Shown here: positions 1 to 9,850 of the stretch, piece by piece
Position numbering within the stretch: position 1 is the stretch's first letter
How the letters are laid out: every line of letters begins with the position of its first letter
From: Myxococcales bacterium
Lineage (GTDB): Bacteria; Myxococcota_A; Polyangia; Palsa-1104; SHYY01
Direction of reading: 5' to 3'
NCBI GenBank assembly: GCA_009692555.1
Contig: SHYY01000010.1
Coordinates: 20-64,019, forward strand
Length of the DNA: 64,000 nucleotides
Notes under the pieces: model-generated
The model's input: the letters and a program-made list of their open reading frames with translations, nothing else
Database searches by the model: none
Told to the model about the DNA's origin: nothing
Made by a program: the position numbers and the translations under genes

Positions 1-29
1 CGCGGAATCTAACACAACTGGTGGTTCGA

Positions 30-2291
30 TTACTCTTCGCCGCCGCCCGCTGCCTTGAGCACGAACGGGTAGGACACGATGACGATGCCGCCGCCCTGGG
101 GCTTCGGGAACTCCCAGCGACGGAGGGCGCCGGCGATGCACTGCTCGACCGCGGGATTGTTCATCGTCGACTGCTGGATCACCGACGCGACCACCTGGCC
201 CGAGCCGGCGATGGTGAACTGCACGATGATGCGGCCGTAGAGGTCGGGCTTCTTGGCCAGCTCCTTCTCGTAGCAGAACTTCACCTCGTTGATGTGACGC
301 CGGATGATGCGGCGGATGATCTCCTTGTCGAGGGAGCCGCGCACCGAGGCGGTGCCGGGTACCACATCCGGCGCGTGGGCGCGACGACCGCCGAGACCAC
401 CCGCGCCGCGGCCGTAGCCGGAGCCGGAGCCGCCGCCGCCGCCCTTGCCGATCGTGCCGAGATTGCCGAGGCCGATGGTGCCTTCACCGGTGCCGCCGCC
501 GCCGCGCCCGGTACCCACCAGCCCGAGGCCGCCGACGCCGTAGGCTTCGCCGATCTGCGTGCCGACGAGTCCACCGAGGATGTTCTCTGCGTCGTTACCC
601 AGCGCCGAGTCGCGCCCGAAGATCGAGGCGAGGTGCGAGCCCTCTTCGCGCTTCAGGATGCCGAGCACGCCGGCGTTCTTCGCCTGCTCCTCGGCCAGCA
701 TCTTCGCCATGTGCGGATCGGCGTTGTCCTTCGGACCCTTCAGGGCGTAGAGACCCGTCTTGTTCTTCGACGTCTTCTTGCCCATCTTGCCCTCTTCACC
801 CTTGTGGCGCTTGCCCTTGCCACCGGCCTCGTCGGGGCCCTTCTTCTTCAGCCACTCCGGGATCTGCTCCTCCTTCTCCTCGGGCGGCTTGATCAGGAAC
901 TTGGCGAAGCGCTGGTCGTTCATGAAGGCGTCGAGCGAGAGCGACTTCGGGTCGGGTGGGATCGAGAAGATCAGCGCCAGGAACATGCTGCACACCAGGA
1001 AGGAACCCCCGGTGTACATGTGCGCGCCCCAGTCGATGTTGAGGGGCACCGGGTAGACGCGCGGCGGCGGCACCGAGCTCACCAGGAAGGTGGAGTCGCC
1101 GATATCGATCTTGGCGCGCGCGCCGTCGGGGATCACGAAGGCGTGCGCTCCACCGACGGTGTTCGAGGCGTGGGCGCGACCGCGGGCGACCAGTTCGGTG
1201 AGCGGGATCTGCTGCCCCTCCATGGTCACGTCGCCCTTCATGGCCGAGGTGAAGAGGAGCTCGTAGGAGGTGCCGGTCGAGTGGACCAGCGGGAAGGACG
1301 GCGCCGGCACCTGCTCGCCCGGGACGTTGAAGAGCGCCTCCGGATCGGGACCGATCGTGAAGTGGCGCGGCTTGTTCTCGTTGACCAGACGCACGAGGCC
1401 CAGGATCAGCAACGCGAAGCCGGCCATCAGCAGGAGCACGACCAGGATGTCCATCAGCGGCGAGTCGTGGGGGACGGGGAATTCGCTGATCGCCTTGCCG
1501 GGGTTGGCGAGCTCCCACGCTTCGCGCGCGTGCTTGAAGGCGTCGATCTGGAACCAGGCAACGACGAACAGCACGAACGCCGCGAACAGCGACACCGAGC
1601 CGCCGGCGATCATTCCCTTGGTGCCGCCGGTGATCTCCCCCGAGGCGGGGTTGGTGAAGTGGCGGGTGTCGACGATCGCGTCCTCGAACATCGCGACCAC
1701 TTCGATCGCCTTGCTGCCGTCGTGGACCTCGACCGCCTCGGCGAGCCCGGGAGGCAGGCGGGCCGGCGCAAAGGTCTGGGCGGGTGCTTGCTGGGCGGGC
1801 GCGCGGGGAGCCGGGCCGGCCGTCGGATGCGGCACGGCGCCGGTCGGAGGGGGGACGTGGGCGCTGGCGATCGCGCCGCCGGGACCCGGGGCGGGGATCG
1901 TCTTCATCCCCATCACCGTCGAGCGTAGTCCTCCGCCCGACTGGGCCGGGGCTGCCGGCTTCTCGCTGGCCGCGACCGCGTCTCCGACGGTCACCACCAT
2001 CCGGGTGTCGCCGAGGACGATCTCGTCGCCCGACTGGATCCGGCACTTGTTGACCTTCTGCCCGTTGACGACGGTGCCCTTGGTCGAGCCGAGGTCGATG
2101 ATGTAGATCTCGGTGGGGCCCGCGATCTCGATCACCGCGTGCATGCGCGAGACGCTCTCGTCGTCGATCCGCAGGTGGGAGGAGGAGAGCTTGCCGACCT
2201 TGATGATGTCCTGGGTCAGCGTCTCGGTTCGGACGAGCTGGCCCCCTTTGAAGATCTCGAACGTGAGGGGCACACTTACTCCGGTGGGCAT
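30..2291 (-). CDS. FHA-domain membrane protein with AgmX/PglI-type TonB-C-like C-terminal domain (GltG/PglI-like)
   Basis: 753-aa ORF starting at ATG 2291. N-terminal FHA signature (GKLSSSHLRIDDESVSRMHAVIE...GSTKGTVVNG). Hydrophobic helices mid-protein and a Gly-rich linker. C-terminal EIIRRIIRRHINEVKFCYEKEL...WEFPKP module typical of myxobacterial AgmX/PglI tails. Last gene of a GltC-D-E-F-G-like row. Confidence 0.8.
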   Translation of the reverse strand: MPTGVSVPLTFEIFKGGQLVRTETLTQDIIKVGKLSSSHLRIDDESVSRMHAVIEIAGPTEIYIIDLGSTKGTVVNGQKVNKCRIQSGDEIVLGDTRMVVTVGDAVAASEKPAAPAQSGGGLRSTVMGMKTIPAPGPGGAIASAHVPPPTGAVPHPTAGPAPRAPAQQAPAQTFAPARLPPGLAEAVEVHDGSKAIEVVAMFEDAIVDTRHFTNPASGEITGGTKGMIAGGSVSLFAAFVLFVVAWFQIDAFKHAREAWELANPGKAISEFPVPHDSPLMDILVVLLLMAGFALLILGLVRLVNENKPRHFTIGPDPEALFNVPGEQVPAPSFPLVHSTGTSYELLFTSAMKGDVTMEGQQIPLTELVARGRAHASNTVGGAHAFVIPDGARAKIDIGDSTFLVSSVPPPRVYPVPLNIDWGAHMYTGGSFLVCSMFLALIFSIPPDPKSLSLDAFMNDQRFAKFLIKPPEEKEEQIPEWLKKKGPDEAGGKGKRHKGEEGKMGKKTSKNKTGLYALKGPKDNADPHMAKMLAEEQAKNAGVLGILKREEGSHLASIFGRDSALGNDAENILGGLVGTQIGEAYGVGGLGLVGTGRGGGGTGEGTIGLGNLGTIGKGGGGGSGSGYGRGAGGLGGRRAHAPDVVPGTASVRGSLDKEIIRRIIRRHINEVKFCYEKELAKKPDLYGRIIVQFTIAGSGQVVASVIQQSTMNNPAVEQCIAGALRRWEFPKPQGGGIVIVSYPFVLKAAGGGEE

Positions 2292-2318
2292 TTCGGCTCC
2301 TTCAGCAGAACGAGCGTT

Positions 2319-2594
2319 CTAGATGTCTTCGGCCGACTTCAGCATCTCGGGGATGAAGTCGGGGCGGATCTTGATCAGCGACGAGTGCTTGGCCGCCTTC
2401 CGGCTGTCGACGAACTCGCCGTCCGGGCGCACCAGATCGCCCTCGACCACGTCGTCGTCGAAGTCGTAGACGGTCTTCGATTTGTACTGGACGCTGTCGC
2501 CCCCGGGGGCGGCGCCCTTGTCCTGGGCTCCCGCAGGGGCGGCAAAGGACACGAGCGAGAGGGCGGCGAGGGTGGCGAGCAGTGTGCGTTTCAT
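2319..2594 (-). CDS. small secreted protein (GltF-like by position)
   Basis: 91-aa ORF with a signal peptide (MKRTLLATLAALSLVSFAAPAGA). Lies 27 nt upstream of the FHA gene and about 105 nt downstream of the TPR gene. Normal amino-acid composition. Confidence 0.65.
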   Translation of the reverse strand: MKRTLLATLAALSLVSFAAPAGAQDKGAAPGGDSVQYKSKTVYDFDDDVVEGDLVRPDGEFVDSRKAAKHSSLIKIRPDFIPEMLKSAEDI

Positions 2595-2699
2595 GTTCAG
2601 CTCCTCCGTGTTGCGAACGGTTGGGCCGCTGGTTCCGACAACCCTCAGCCGGCTCGGTTCCCGAGATTCTACTTTTTTTTCACGAGCGCAATCGCCGGG

Positions 2700-4103
2700 C
2701 TACTTTCCCTTTGCTGGCGCTGGCTTACCTTCCGTCGGCTTGGCGTCGCCCGACTTGGCATCGGCGGGCTTGGCTTCGGCTGGCTTGGCGGCTCCGCCGG
2801 GGGCGGGAGCAGGAGGCGCGGCGCCCTGCTGGAGTAGCTGCTGCTTCTCCATCTCCTTTTGCTGCAGCTCCATCTCCTTCTGCATCTGCTTCATCTCCTC
2901 CTCGGCCTTCTTCGCTTCGATGATGGCCTTGAAGGTGTCCTCGATGTCCTTGATCCGGCGGACCGAGTCCTTCAGCCGGTCGGCGAGGACCTTGTCGTCG
3001 GGCTTCGCGCCTGCGCAGGTGTTGAACTCGAGGAACAGCTTCTTCGCGACGTTCAACGCCGGCTCGTCGCCCGCCCGATAGTCCTGGGCGAGCACGCCCT
3101 GGTTGTAGGCGACCGCGCAGTTCTTCGGATCGAGCTCCTTGGCCTTCACGTACCACTTCTCCGCCTCGTCGACCCGGCGCTGCCCGCGCAGCGCCACGCC
3201 CATCCCCATCGTGGCGTCGAATTTGTGCTCCGGCTTGGCCGGCTTGGCGTCGAGCGCGGCCTTGAAGGCGGTCTCGGCGTTCTTGTAGTCGCGCGCGGAG
3301 AGGGTGATCGCGCCGATGTTGAGCTGCGCTTCGACGTACTTCGGATCGAGCTCGGCGGCCTTGCGGAACTCGCCGAGGGCGCCGGTGACGTTCTTCTTCT
3401 TCAGCTTGATGAGGCCAAGGGTGTTGTAGATCTGCGGGAACTCGGCGTTGACCTCCTTGGCCTGCTTGCACACCAGCTCGGCGAGGTCGAGCTTGGAGCG
3501 GTCCGACTCCGCGGTGGTGAAGTAGACCATCGCCAGGAGCGAGTAGGCGGCGATCGAGTCGGAGTTGACGGCGAGCGCGCGGCGGAGCTTGCCGATCGCC
3601 TCCTTCATCGTCGCCGGATCGTTGCCGTTCTGCTTCGCCTTCTCGAACAGTACCAGCGCCGAGTCGTTGTAGGCCTGCACGTTCTTCGGGTCGGCCTTGT
3701 TGGCGCGCTCGAACTGCGTCGTGGCCTCGGCGACCTTGCCCTGCTTGTAGAACAGCTCGCCCAGGTTGACCATCGCGGGGGCGAAGTTGCCGTTGAGATC
3801 GAGGGCGTTCTTGTACGCGTCCTCGGCCTCGGAGGTGTTGCACTGCTCGTAGAGGACGCCGGCGTTGAACCAGCCCTCGGCGACCTTCCGGTCCTTCGAG
3901 AAGCCGATGAAGTCCTTCGCGAAGCTCGCGCAGTCCTTGTCGGAGAGGCGGCCGGCGCTCGCCTTGCGGGAGGCTTCGACCTTGCCCGCCAGCTTCTTGA
4001 AGTCCTCCTGCATCTCCGCCTTTTCCTTGGCGGGATCCTTCTTGGCGAACGCGGTCAGCGACGGGGCGACCAGTATCGCGGCGATCAGAAAATGAGGGCG
4101 CAT
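2700..4103 (-). CDS. secreted TPR-repeat protein (AglT/GltE-like)
   Basis: Internal ATG at 4103 (MRPHFLIAAILVAPSLTAFAKKD) gives 467 aa with a signal peptide, many TPR-like repeats and a Lys/Ala/Pro-rich tail. The longer 787-aa ORF extension is Arg-rich and overlaps the upstream gene. The upstream gene's stop is 2 nt before this start. Confidence 0.75.
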   Translation of the reverse strand: MRPHFLIAAILVAPSLTAFAKKDPAKEKAEMQEDFKKLAGKVEASRKASAGRLSDKDCASFAKDFIGFSKDRKVAEGWFNAGVLYEQCNTSEAEDAYKNALDLNGNFAPAMVNLGELFYKQGKVAEATTQFERANKADPKNVQAYNDSALVLFEKAKQNGNDPATMKEAIGKLRRALAVNSDSIAAYSLLAMVYFTTAESDRSKLDLAELVCKQAKEVNAEFPQIYNTLGLIKLKKKNVTGALGEFRKAAELDPKYVEAQLNIGAITLSARDYKNAETAFKAALDAKPAKPEHKFDATMGMGVALRGQRRVDEAEKWYVKAKELDPKNCAVAYNQGVLAQDYRAGDEPALNVAKKLFLEFNTCAGAKPDDKVLADRLKDSVRRIKDIEDTFKAIIEAKKAEEEMKQMQKEMELQQKEMEKQQLLQQGAAPPAPAPGGAAKPAEAKPADAKSGDAKPTEGKPAPAKGK

Positions 4104-4105
4104 CT

Positions 4106-7100
4106 CTACTTGAGCTCCGTGAGCAGGGGGGCGGCGTCGACCCGCTTGTCGGAGTAACCGGGCACGGCGCGGATCTCCGCGGCGAGGGGGTACTCGGCGG
4201 GCTTGATCTGGTTCAGCTCGGCCTCGCAGAGCGCCGACCACTCGTTGAACCAGGAGAGGTCGGTCGACTTGTCGAGGCAGGTCTTGAGGCCCTCGACCGC
4301 CTTGGTCTCGAGCGGCTCGGCGGTGTCGGTCATCTGGTCGCAGTAGGAGTCGTGGAAGAGCTGCTCGAAATCGTCCTGGGTCATGCCCTCGGGCGACTTG
4401 CCTGCCTTGGGAACGGGAGCGGTGTAGAGCTGGCCCGAGAAGTCCTGGAACACCTGGCCGATGCGCGCCGCGGCGGCGATCGCCCAGTGAGCCTGCTTGT
4501 AGAGAATGACCTGCTGGTAGGCCTTCTGCGCGGTGTCGACTGCCTTGATCTTGCCCTCGTACCAGCCCTTGAACTTCTTGGTGTTGTCCTCGAGGCGCTT
4601 CTTGTCCTTGGCGATCTTGCCCTTCGAGGCGGTCAGGTCGGCCGGGGTGAAGTCGAGCTTGTCCGGGATCTTCATCGCGATCAGCCGCTCGTAGTCCTGA
4701 TCGCCTTCCATCATCTTGGCCTGGGCGACGGCGTACATCATCGACTCGGCGCGCGCGTTGCGCTCGCCCTCGTCCTTGCCGGGGATCTTCTTCACCGCCG
4801 CGCCGCCCGCGTAGAGCTTGAGCGCGCTCTGGAAGAGAGCCTGCGCCTCCTTGGCGTACGCCGGCTTGCGCTCGTAGAGGACGATCTTCGACTTCGTCTC
4901 CGGGCCGCACTGCGCAGGGAGGACGACGCCCTTTTTCTTTTTGCCCTTCTGGCTCTTGCGCGACTTTTCGGCCACGCGCGTCGCCGACGAGGCGCGGACG
5001 CGCTTGATCTCGAGGCACGCCCCGTTGACGCCACCGTCGGGGGCGGTGCACGAGTCGGCCCACTTCATCTCGGCCAGCTTCACGGTGGCGATGATCTCGC
5101 GGTCGATGCCGCCCTTCTCGCGCCAGGTCTTGATGTAGTCCTTGAGGTGCTTCTCGAGCTTCTCGCGGTTCTTCTGGGCCTCGTAGATCTGGCCGAGGCC
5201 GAAGTAGACGCCCGCCGACTTGTCCTCGTACTCCTTGCGGCCGGAGTAGAGGCGGATGAAGGTGTTGGTGTCCTCGATCGACTTGTCGATCTCGCCGAGG
5301 CCGCGGCGGAAGAAGGAGGCGGTGAAGAGGGCGGTGGCGGCGTCGTAGGGCTCCTTCTCACCGGGGTACTTGATGGCGTACTTCTCGTAATGATCGGCGG
5401 CGGCGCCGTACGCGGCGATCGACTGGAACGCCTTGCCGAGCATGAAGACGGCCTTCTTCGCGAGCGGATCGTCGGGCTTCTTCTCGATCAGGTCCTGGCG
5501 CGCCTTGATCGCGCGGCCGTAGGCCTTGGCGCGGTCGTAGTTGATCGCCGCGTTGAAGAGCACCTCGGCGATCTTCGGGTCATCCGGGTGATCGTTGGCG
5601 AGCTTGATGTAGAGCTCGGCGGCCTTCAGGTGATCGCCGCTGCGCTCGGCAGACTCGATGTACATACGGCCGATGTTGGCCTGGATGGTCTCGCACTGCT
5701 TGTGGAAGTCGGCGTCCTGGGCCAGCTTCGGCGCCGGGCAGAGGAGCTTGGTGTCCGCCTCGAGCGAGGCGATGTCCTTCAAGACGTTGTCGCAGTCGAA
5801 GCGCAGGTTGGCCGAGTAGACCGCGAGGTCGGAGTCCTGGTGGTTCTGCGCGATGTCCTTGAAGAGCGGCGAGGCCTCCTTGAAGTGGTTGTACTCGTAG
5901 AGGGTGCGCGCCTTGCGGTACTTGATCGTCACCAGCTCGGGCGAGTTCGGGACGTACTTGATGTAGGTCTCGAAGGCGTCGAGCATCTTCTGGTTCTTCT
6001 CGGGGATCGGCTTCTCGGCGTAGTCGACCTCCTTCTCCTTCTCCTTCTCCTTGCCCTTGCCGCTCTTGTCCTTGCCGACGTCGCCCTTGCGGATCTTGGC
6101 CGTCTCCTCTTTCTGGACGGTGCCCGAGTCGTCGACGCCGAGGCAGTTCTTCCAGGAGATGACCGCCGCGTAGGCCGCTTCGTTGCGGTACTTGGCCTTG
6201 TCGGTGGTGTCGAGCTTGACCACGCTGGTGTAGACCGGCGCCGACTCGCAGAAGCGCTCGAGCTTGAACAGGAGCTCGCCGTAGTAGAAGGTCATCGGGT
6301 AGACGTCCTTCTCCTTCGGGAACTTTTCGATGTACTCGCGGTAGAGCGACTGGGCGAGGGCGTAGGTCTCCTTGACGTTGGTCTTCTGTGCCTCCTTGTG
6401 CCAGGTGGTGGCGAGCTCACGCAGCGAGCCGGCGGTGTTGTCGCGGCACTCTTCGAGCGCCTCCTTCTTCACGCCGTCCATGCCCTTGTACTTGTCGTAG
6501 ACGGCGGCGAGGCGCTCGAGCTCCTGGACGGATTCCCCCGTCGCCCGCGAGCCGGTCTTCGAGAGCGTGTTCTTCAGGATCTCCTGCTGCCAGTTGCACA
6601 GCTTGAGCGACCCCGGCGTGTTCTTCATCAGCTGGCGGTAGACCTTGATGCTGTTGTCGAACTTGCCCTGCGCGTTGTACATCTCGCCGAGCATCTCGAG
6701 CATGACGGGGGCGTACTCCTGCTGGATGTTCCCGTACTTCTGGAAGAAGGGCCACGCCTTGTCCACCGACGCGGCGTCGATCTGCGAGTAGGCGCGAACG
6801 ATGTCTTTCTTCGCCTCCTTGATGAGGGCGATCTTGTTGGCGTCCTTCTTCTCGATCTTGGTCTCGCTGACGACCTTCACGAAGATTTCGAGCGCCTTCT
6901 TGTAGTCCTGGAGGTTGAAGTAGCACCAGCCCTCCTTGTATTGCGCATAGCCGAACACGCGCGACTGGGGGAACTGGAGCACCTTGTCGTAGAACTTGAG
7001 GGCGTTCTCGATGTCCTTCTGCTCGAAGTAGTATTCGCCGAAGGAGAGGTAGGCGTCGGCGATGAACTGCGAGTTCGGGTAGTCCTTGATCAGGCGCTTG

Positions 7101-7714
7101 AAGAAGGGGCGGGCGAGGTCCTCGCGCTTTTGCTGGGTGAGGAAGAACGCGAGGTAGAAGAGCACCTGGTCCATGCGCTTGTAGCCGTTGAACTTCGCGT
7201 TGTTGGTGACGAGCAGGTACTCCTTCACCGCCGCGTTGCGCCAGGTGACCTCGCGCTTCTCGAAGTCGACCTGCTGCGCCTTGTACTGGGTGACCAGGTT
7301 CTGCTTGTTGGCCTGCGCCGCGTCGAAGATCTTTTGATCGAGCTCGCGCGCGCGGAAGTTGTAGTAGTGCTCCTGCTCGGCGAACAGCTCGGCCATGCGG
7401 AACAGGTAGTCGGGCTTCTCGGGGTTGCCCTTCTCGTCGACCGCGTCGTCGCTGGTGTTGTCGATCAGCTTCTGCAGCACCTTGATCTGGCTATCGGTGA
7501 CCGCCTTCAGCTTCTCGCCGATCCCGCCGAAGACGTCCTGCGCTTGCAGCGTCGGCCGCGACTTCTCCTCCTTGCGCTGCGACGGCTTGGTGAGCTCGCT
7601 CTGCTTCGCCTCGACGGTGGATTCCTGCTTGGTGTGCTTGGGAACCGCCTGGGCCGCTGTCGAGAAGACGAGCGCGGCGGTGGCGCCGATACCGACGAAC
7701 CTGCTGCGAGTCAT
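4106..7714 (-). CDS. large secreted TPR-repeat protein (AgmU/GltD-like)
   Basis: Start taken at ATG 7714 (MTRSRFVGIGATAALVFSTAAQA, signal peptide), giving 1202 aa. TPR-like repeats throughout. Size and position match AgmU/GltD-type proteins. Confidence 0.75.
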   Translation of the reverse strand: MTRSRFVGIGATAALVFSTAAQAVPKHTKQESTVEAKQSELTKPSQRKEEKSRPTLQAQDVFGGIGEKLKAVTDSQIKVLQKLIDNTSDDAVDEKGNPEKPDYLFRMAELFAEQEHYYNFRARELDQKIFDAAQANKQNLVTQYKAQQVDFEKREVTWRNAAVKEYLLVTNNAKFNGYKRMDQVLFYLAFFLTQQKREDLARPFFKRLIKDYPNSQFIADAYLSFGEYYFEQKDIENALKFYDKVLQFPQSRVFGYAQYKEGWCYFNLQDYKKALEIFVKVVSETKIEKKDANKIALIKEAKKDIVRAYSQIDAASVDKAWPFFQKYGNIQQEYAPVMLEMLGEMYNAQGKFDNSIKVYRQLMKNTPGSLKLCNWQQEILKNTLSKTGSRATGESVQELERLAAVYDKYKGMDGVKKEALEECRDNTAGSLRELATTWHKEAQKTNVKETYALAQSLYREYIEKFPKEKDVYPMTFYYGELLFKLERFCESAPVYTSVVKLDTTDKAKYRNEAAYAAVISWKNCLGVDDSGTVQKEETAKIRKGDVGKDKSGKGKEKEKEKEVDYAEKPIPEKNQKMLDAFETYIKYVPNSPELVTIKYRKARTLYEYNHFKEASPLFKDIAQNHQDSDLAVYSANLRFDCDNVLKDIASLEADTKLLCPAPKLAQDADFHKQCETIQANIGRMYIESAERSGDHLKAAELYIKLANDHPDDPKIAEVLFNAAINYDRAKAYGRAIKARQDLIEKKPDDPLAKKAVFMLGKAFQSIAAYGAAADHYEKYAIKYPGEKEPYDAATALFTASFFRRGLGEIDKSIEDTNTFIRLYSGRKEYEDKSAGVYFGLGQIYEAQKNREKLEKHLKDYIKTWREKGGIDREIIATVKLAEMKWADSCTAPDGGVNGACLEIKRVRASSATRVAEKSRKSQKGKKKKGVVLPAQCGPETKSKIVLYERKPAYAKEAQALFQSALKLYAGGAAVKKIPGKDEGERNARAESMMYAVAQAKMMEGDQDYERLIAMKIPDKLDFTPADLTASKGKIAKDKKRLEDNTKKFKGWYEGKIKAVDTAQKAYQQVILYKQAHWAIAAAARIGQVFQDFSGQLYTAPVPKAGKSPEGMTQDDFEQLFHDSYCDQMTDTAEPLETKAVEGLKTCLDKSTDLSWFNEWSALCEAELNQIKPAEYPLAAEIRAVPGYSDKRVDAAPLLTELK

Positions 7715-7779
7715 TGGGCTCCTGTCCCCTTTGTCCTGGTTCCTGAGCTTGCCGATGGAAGGAAGGGTTACTTCGCGCG

Positions 7780-9525
7780 TCACTTCGCGCAACGGTCGAT
7801 GACGCGGAAGCGGTAGTAACCGAGCTCGTCCTGCCAGTACTCGCCGTCGAAGGGCCACCTCTCGTGCTCGTCGTCGACGGTGACCTCGCCGCCCTTCTTG
7901 GCGCCGGAGCCCTGCTGCTTCTGCTCCTCTTTGAGGCGCGCCTGGATCTGGCCCTTCTGCGCGTTCAGGGTCTCGTACTCGATCTTGATCGCCTGCTTGA
8001 CCAGCTCCTGGATCTCGTGGGAGAGGCGCTTCAAGCGCTCGCGGGCGAGGTTGCCGGTCTCGTTGGCGGCGAGGGACTTCTGGAGCGTCAGGTCCTGGAG
8101 GATGTTGCCGGCGATGGCGGTCGACTTCCAGTCGGGGGCCGACTTGTCGACCGAGCGCAGCTCGCGATCGAGCTCGGCGACGTAATCAAGGTTCTTGGCG
8201 AGCGTCTTGTCGGAGAGCGCACCGTCGGCGGCCCGCTGCACGCGCTCGGGGAGGCCGGCCTCGCCGTTGCGGATCTTGACGACGTATGAATAGAACTCGG
8301 CGTTGTCCGGGAACTTCTGGATCACCCCGTCGATGTCCTTCTTGAGAGCGGGGTAGGACTCGTTGAACTCCGCCACCGCCGCCATCGCCTTGTCGTAGTT
8401 GCAGCGCTGGAAGTAGATCACGGCCTTCAGGATCAGCGACTCGGGGTAGAACTCGTTCTCGAAGAACGGCGCGTTCAGAGTGTGGATGTTGCCGAGCGCC
8501 TTGGAGTCGCCGTCCATCTGGAACTGCGCCCAGCTTGACTCGAACAGCGACGCCAGCCAGTCGGGGGAGGTCTGGGGCACCTTGTCGAAGTACTTCACGG
8601 CCTGCGGGAACTGGTGCAGCGAATAGAAGGTGCGGGCGAGGGAGATGTTGGCCAACTCCTCGAACTCGCGCGTCTTCTTGTCCGGGTGCTCGGCGGCCTT
8701 GCGGAGGATCGCCTTGAAGGCGTCGGCGGCCGGCTTGGCCTGGTACTGGCGGACGTAGGTGATGCCCTCGAAGAACTTCGACTGGGCGTAGTACTCGCTG
8801 TCCTCGGGGATGGCGCCGAAGAGGTCGAGCGCCTCCTTGAAGTTGCCCTTGGTGTAGTGGAAGCGGCCGAGGAGGTAGAAGAGCTGGTTCTTGACCGGCT
8901 CGAGGGCAGGCTGCTCGAGGTCGGCGCGCTGGTACTTGCCGATCTTGTCGAGCACGCCGGCGGAGTCGGGGAGGTACTGCGAGAGCGATGCGAGCCACTG
9001 CAGGGTCTTGCTGTAGTAGCGGTGCGCGACGCCCTTCTGAACGATGCGGTCGAAGTAGGAGAGCGACGCCGAGTAGAACTTCATCTGGAAGAGCGCCTTG
9101 CCCATGAAGAATTCGGCGCGCTGGCGGTTCGCGTCGTCGTCGCCCGACTGGCCTTCGACGACCTTGTTGAGCTCGATGGTGGCCGAGAAGTAGTCCTCGC
9201 CCTCGTAGAGCTTGAGCGCGCGCTCGAGCGTCTTCGAAGCCGGGCCCGCGGCCGCCTTGTCGTCGGTGGCCTGCTGGACCGCGGGTCCCTGCGGCGCGGC
9301 GACGGGCTCGGCCCTCTTCTTCTTTTTCTTTGCCTCGGGGGCGGGGTCGTCAGCGGCCGGCGGGGGCGGCGCGACGGGCTGGCCGGTGTCCTCGGGGCTG
9401 AAGGTCATCGTGTCGCCGCCGCTGTCCTTCTTCGGTTTCGGCTTGGCGTCACCGAAGGCAGGCGTGAGCGCGATCACACCGGCGGTTGCGAGGGCAAGTG
9501 CGTGGCGGAGGGCGTTGCGATCCAT
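7780..9525 (-). CDS. secreted TPR-repeat protein (GltC/NfsC-like by position)
   Basis: Start at ATG 9525 (MDRNALRHALALATAGVIALTPAFG, signal peptide), giving 581 aa. Has a Pro/Ala/Lys-rich linker followed by TPR-like repeats. Lies 65 nt upstream of the GltD-like gene. Confidence 0.7.
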   Translation of the reverse strand: MDRNALRHALALATAGVIALTPAFGDAKPKPKKDSGGDTMTFSPEDTGQPVAPPPPAADDPAPEAKKKKKRAEPVAAPQGPAVQQATDDKAAAGPASKTLERALKLYEGEDYFSATIELNKVVEGQSGDDDANRQRAEFFMGKALFQMKFYSASLSYFDRIVQKGVAHRYYSKTLQWLASLSQYLPDSAGVLDKIGKYQRADLEQPALEPVKNQLFYLLGRFHYTKGNFKEALDLFGAIPEDSEYYAQSKFFEGITYVRQYQAKPAADAFKAILRKAAEHPDKKTREFEELANISLARTFYSLHQFPQAVKYFDKVPQTSPDWLASLFESSWAQFQMDGDSKALGNIHTLNAPFFENEFYPESLILKAVIYFQRCNYDKAMAAVAEFNESYPALKKDIDGVIQKFPDNAEFYSYVVKIRNGEAGLPERVQRAADGALSDKTLAKNLDYVAELDRELRSVDKSAPDWKSTAIAGNILQDLTLQKSLAANETGNLARERLKRLSHEIQELVKQAIKIEYETLNAQKGQIQARLKEEQKQQGSGAKKGGEVTVDDEHERWPFDGEYWQDELGYYRFRVIDRCAK

Positions 9526-9766
9526 GGGTACCCTTTCGACCTCGTGGCTAAGAGCCTGGTTCCCGAGCAGCCGCTCGTCGGTGGACGGGCGGGGGAGTGC
9601 CAAAGCTGCGAGAGCATATGAACGCTGCGGAAAGAATTCAAGGAAAAAGCCGCCCTTCGGCGGGCTAAGGCCAGGCCCGGCGCCTGCTCACGCCGCCGAC
9701 CGGTCTCCGTCGTGGTGCGCTCCGGGGCCGGTTTCGGCTCACGGTCATGCGTTCCTTTCGGAGTGC

Positions 9767-9794
9767 TTGACTTGGCTTTCGCCCCGTGTACGAT
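9767..9794 (+). promoter_or_regulatory. candidate sigma70-type promoter for the lipoprotein gene
   Basis: TTGACT (9767-9772), a 16-nt spacer, then TACGAT (9789-9794). AAGGAG lies 8 nt before ATG 9851. Confidence 0.35.
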
Positions 9795-9850
9795 GGGCGG
9801 GCTTTTTCCCGGCCCACTAGACCCCTGAGTGATTCCAAGGAGCTGATTCG

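Noticed and set aside
21-1928. Long ORFs antisense to, or overlapping, real genes. Examples: 21..1928 +, 4352..7816 +, 14365..15696 -, 18605..20857 -, 22757..25153 -, 33670..35862 -, 41328..45365 -, 46887..48830 -.
   Set aside because: They are extremely rich in Arg, Ala, Gly, Pro, Asp and Glu, have no recognisable motifs, and each lies opposite a gene with clear family signatures. These are typical stop-codon-poor shadow frames of very GC-rich DNA.
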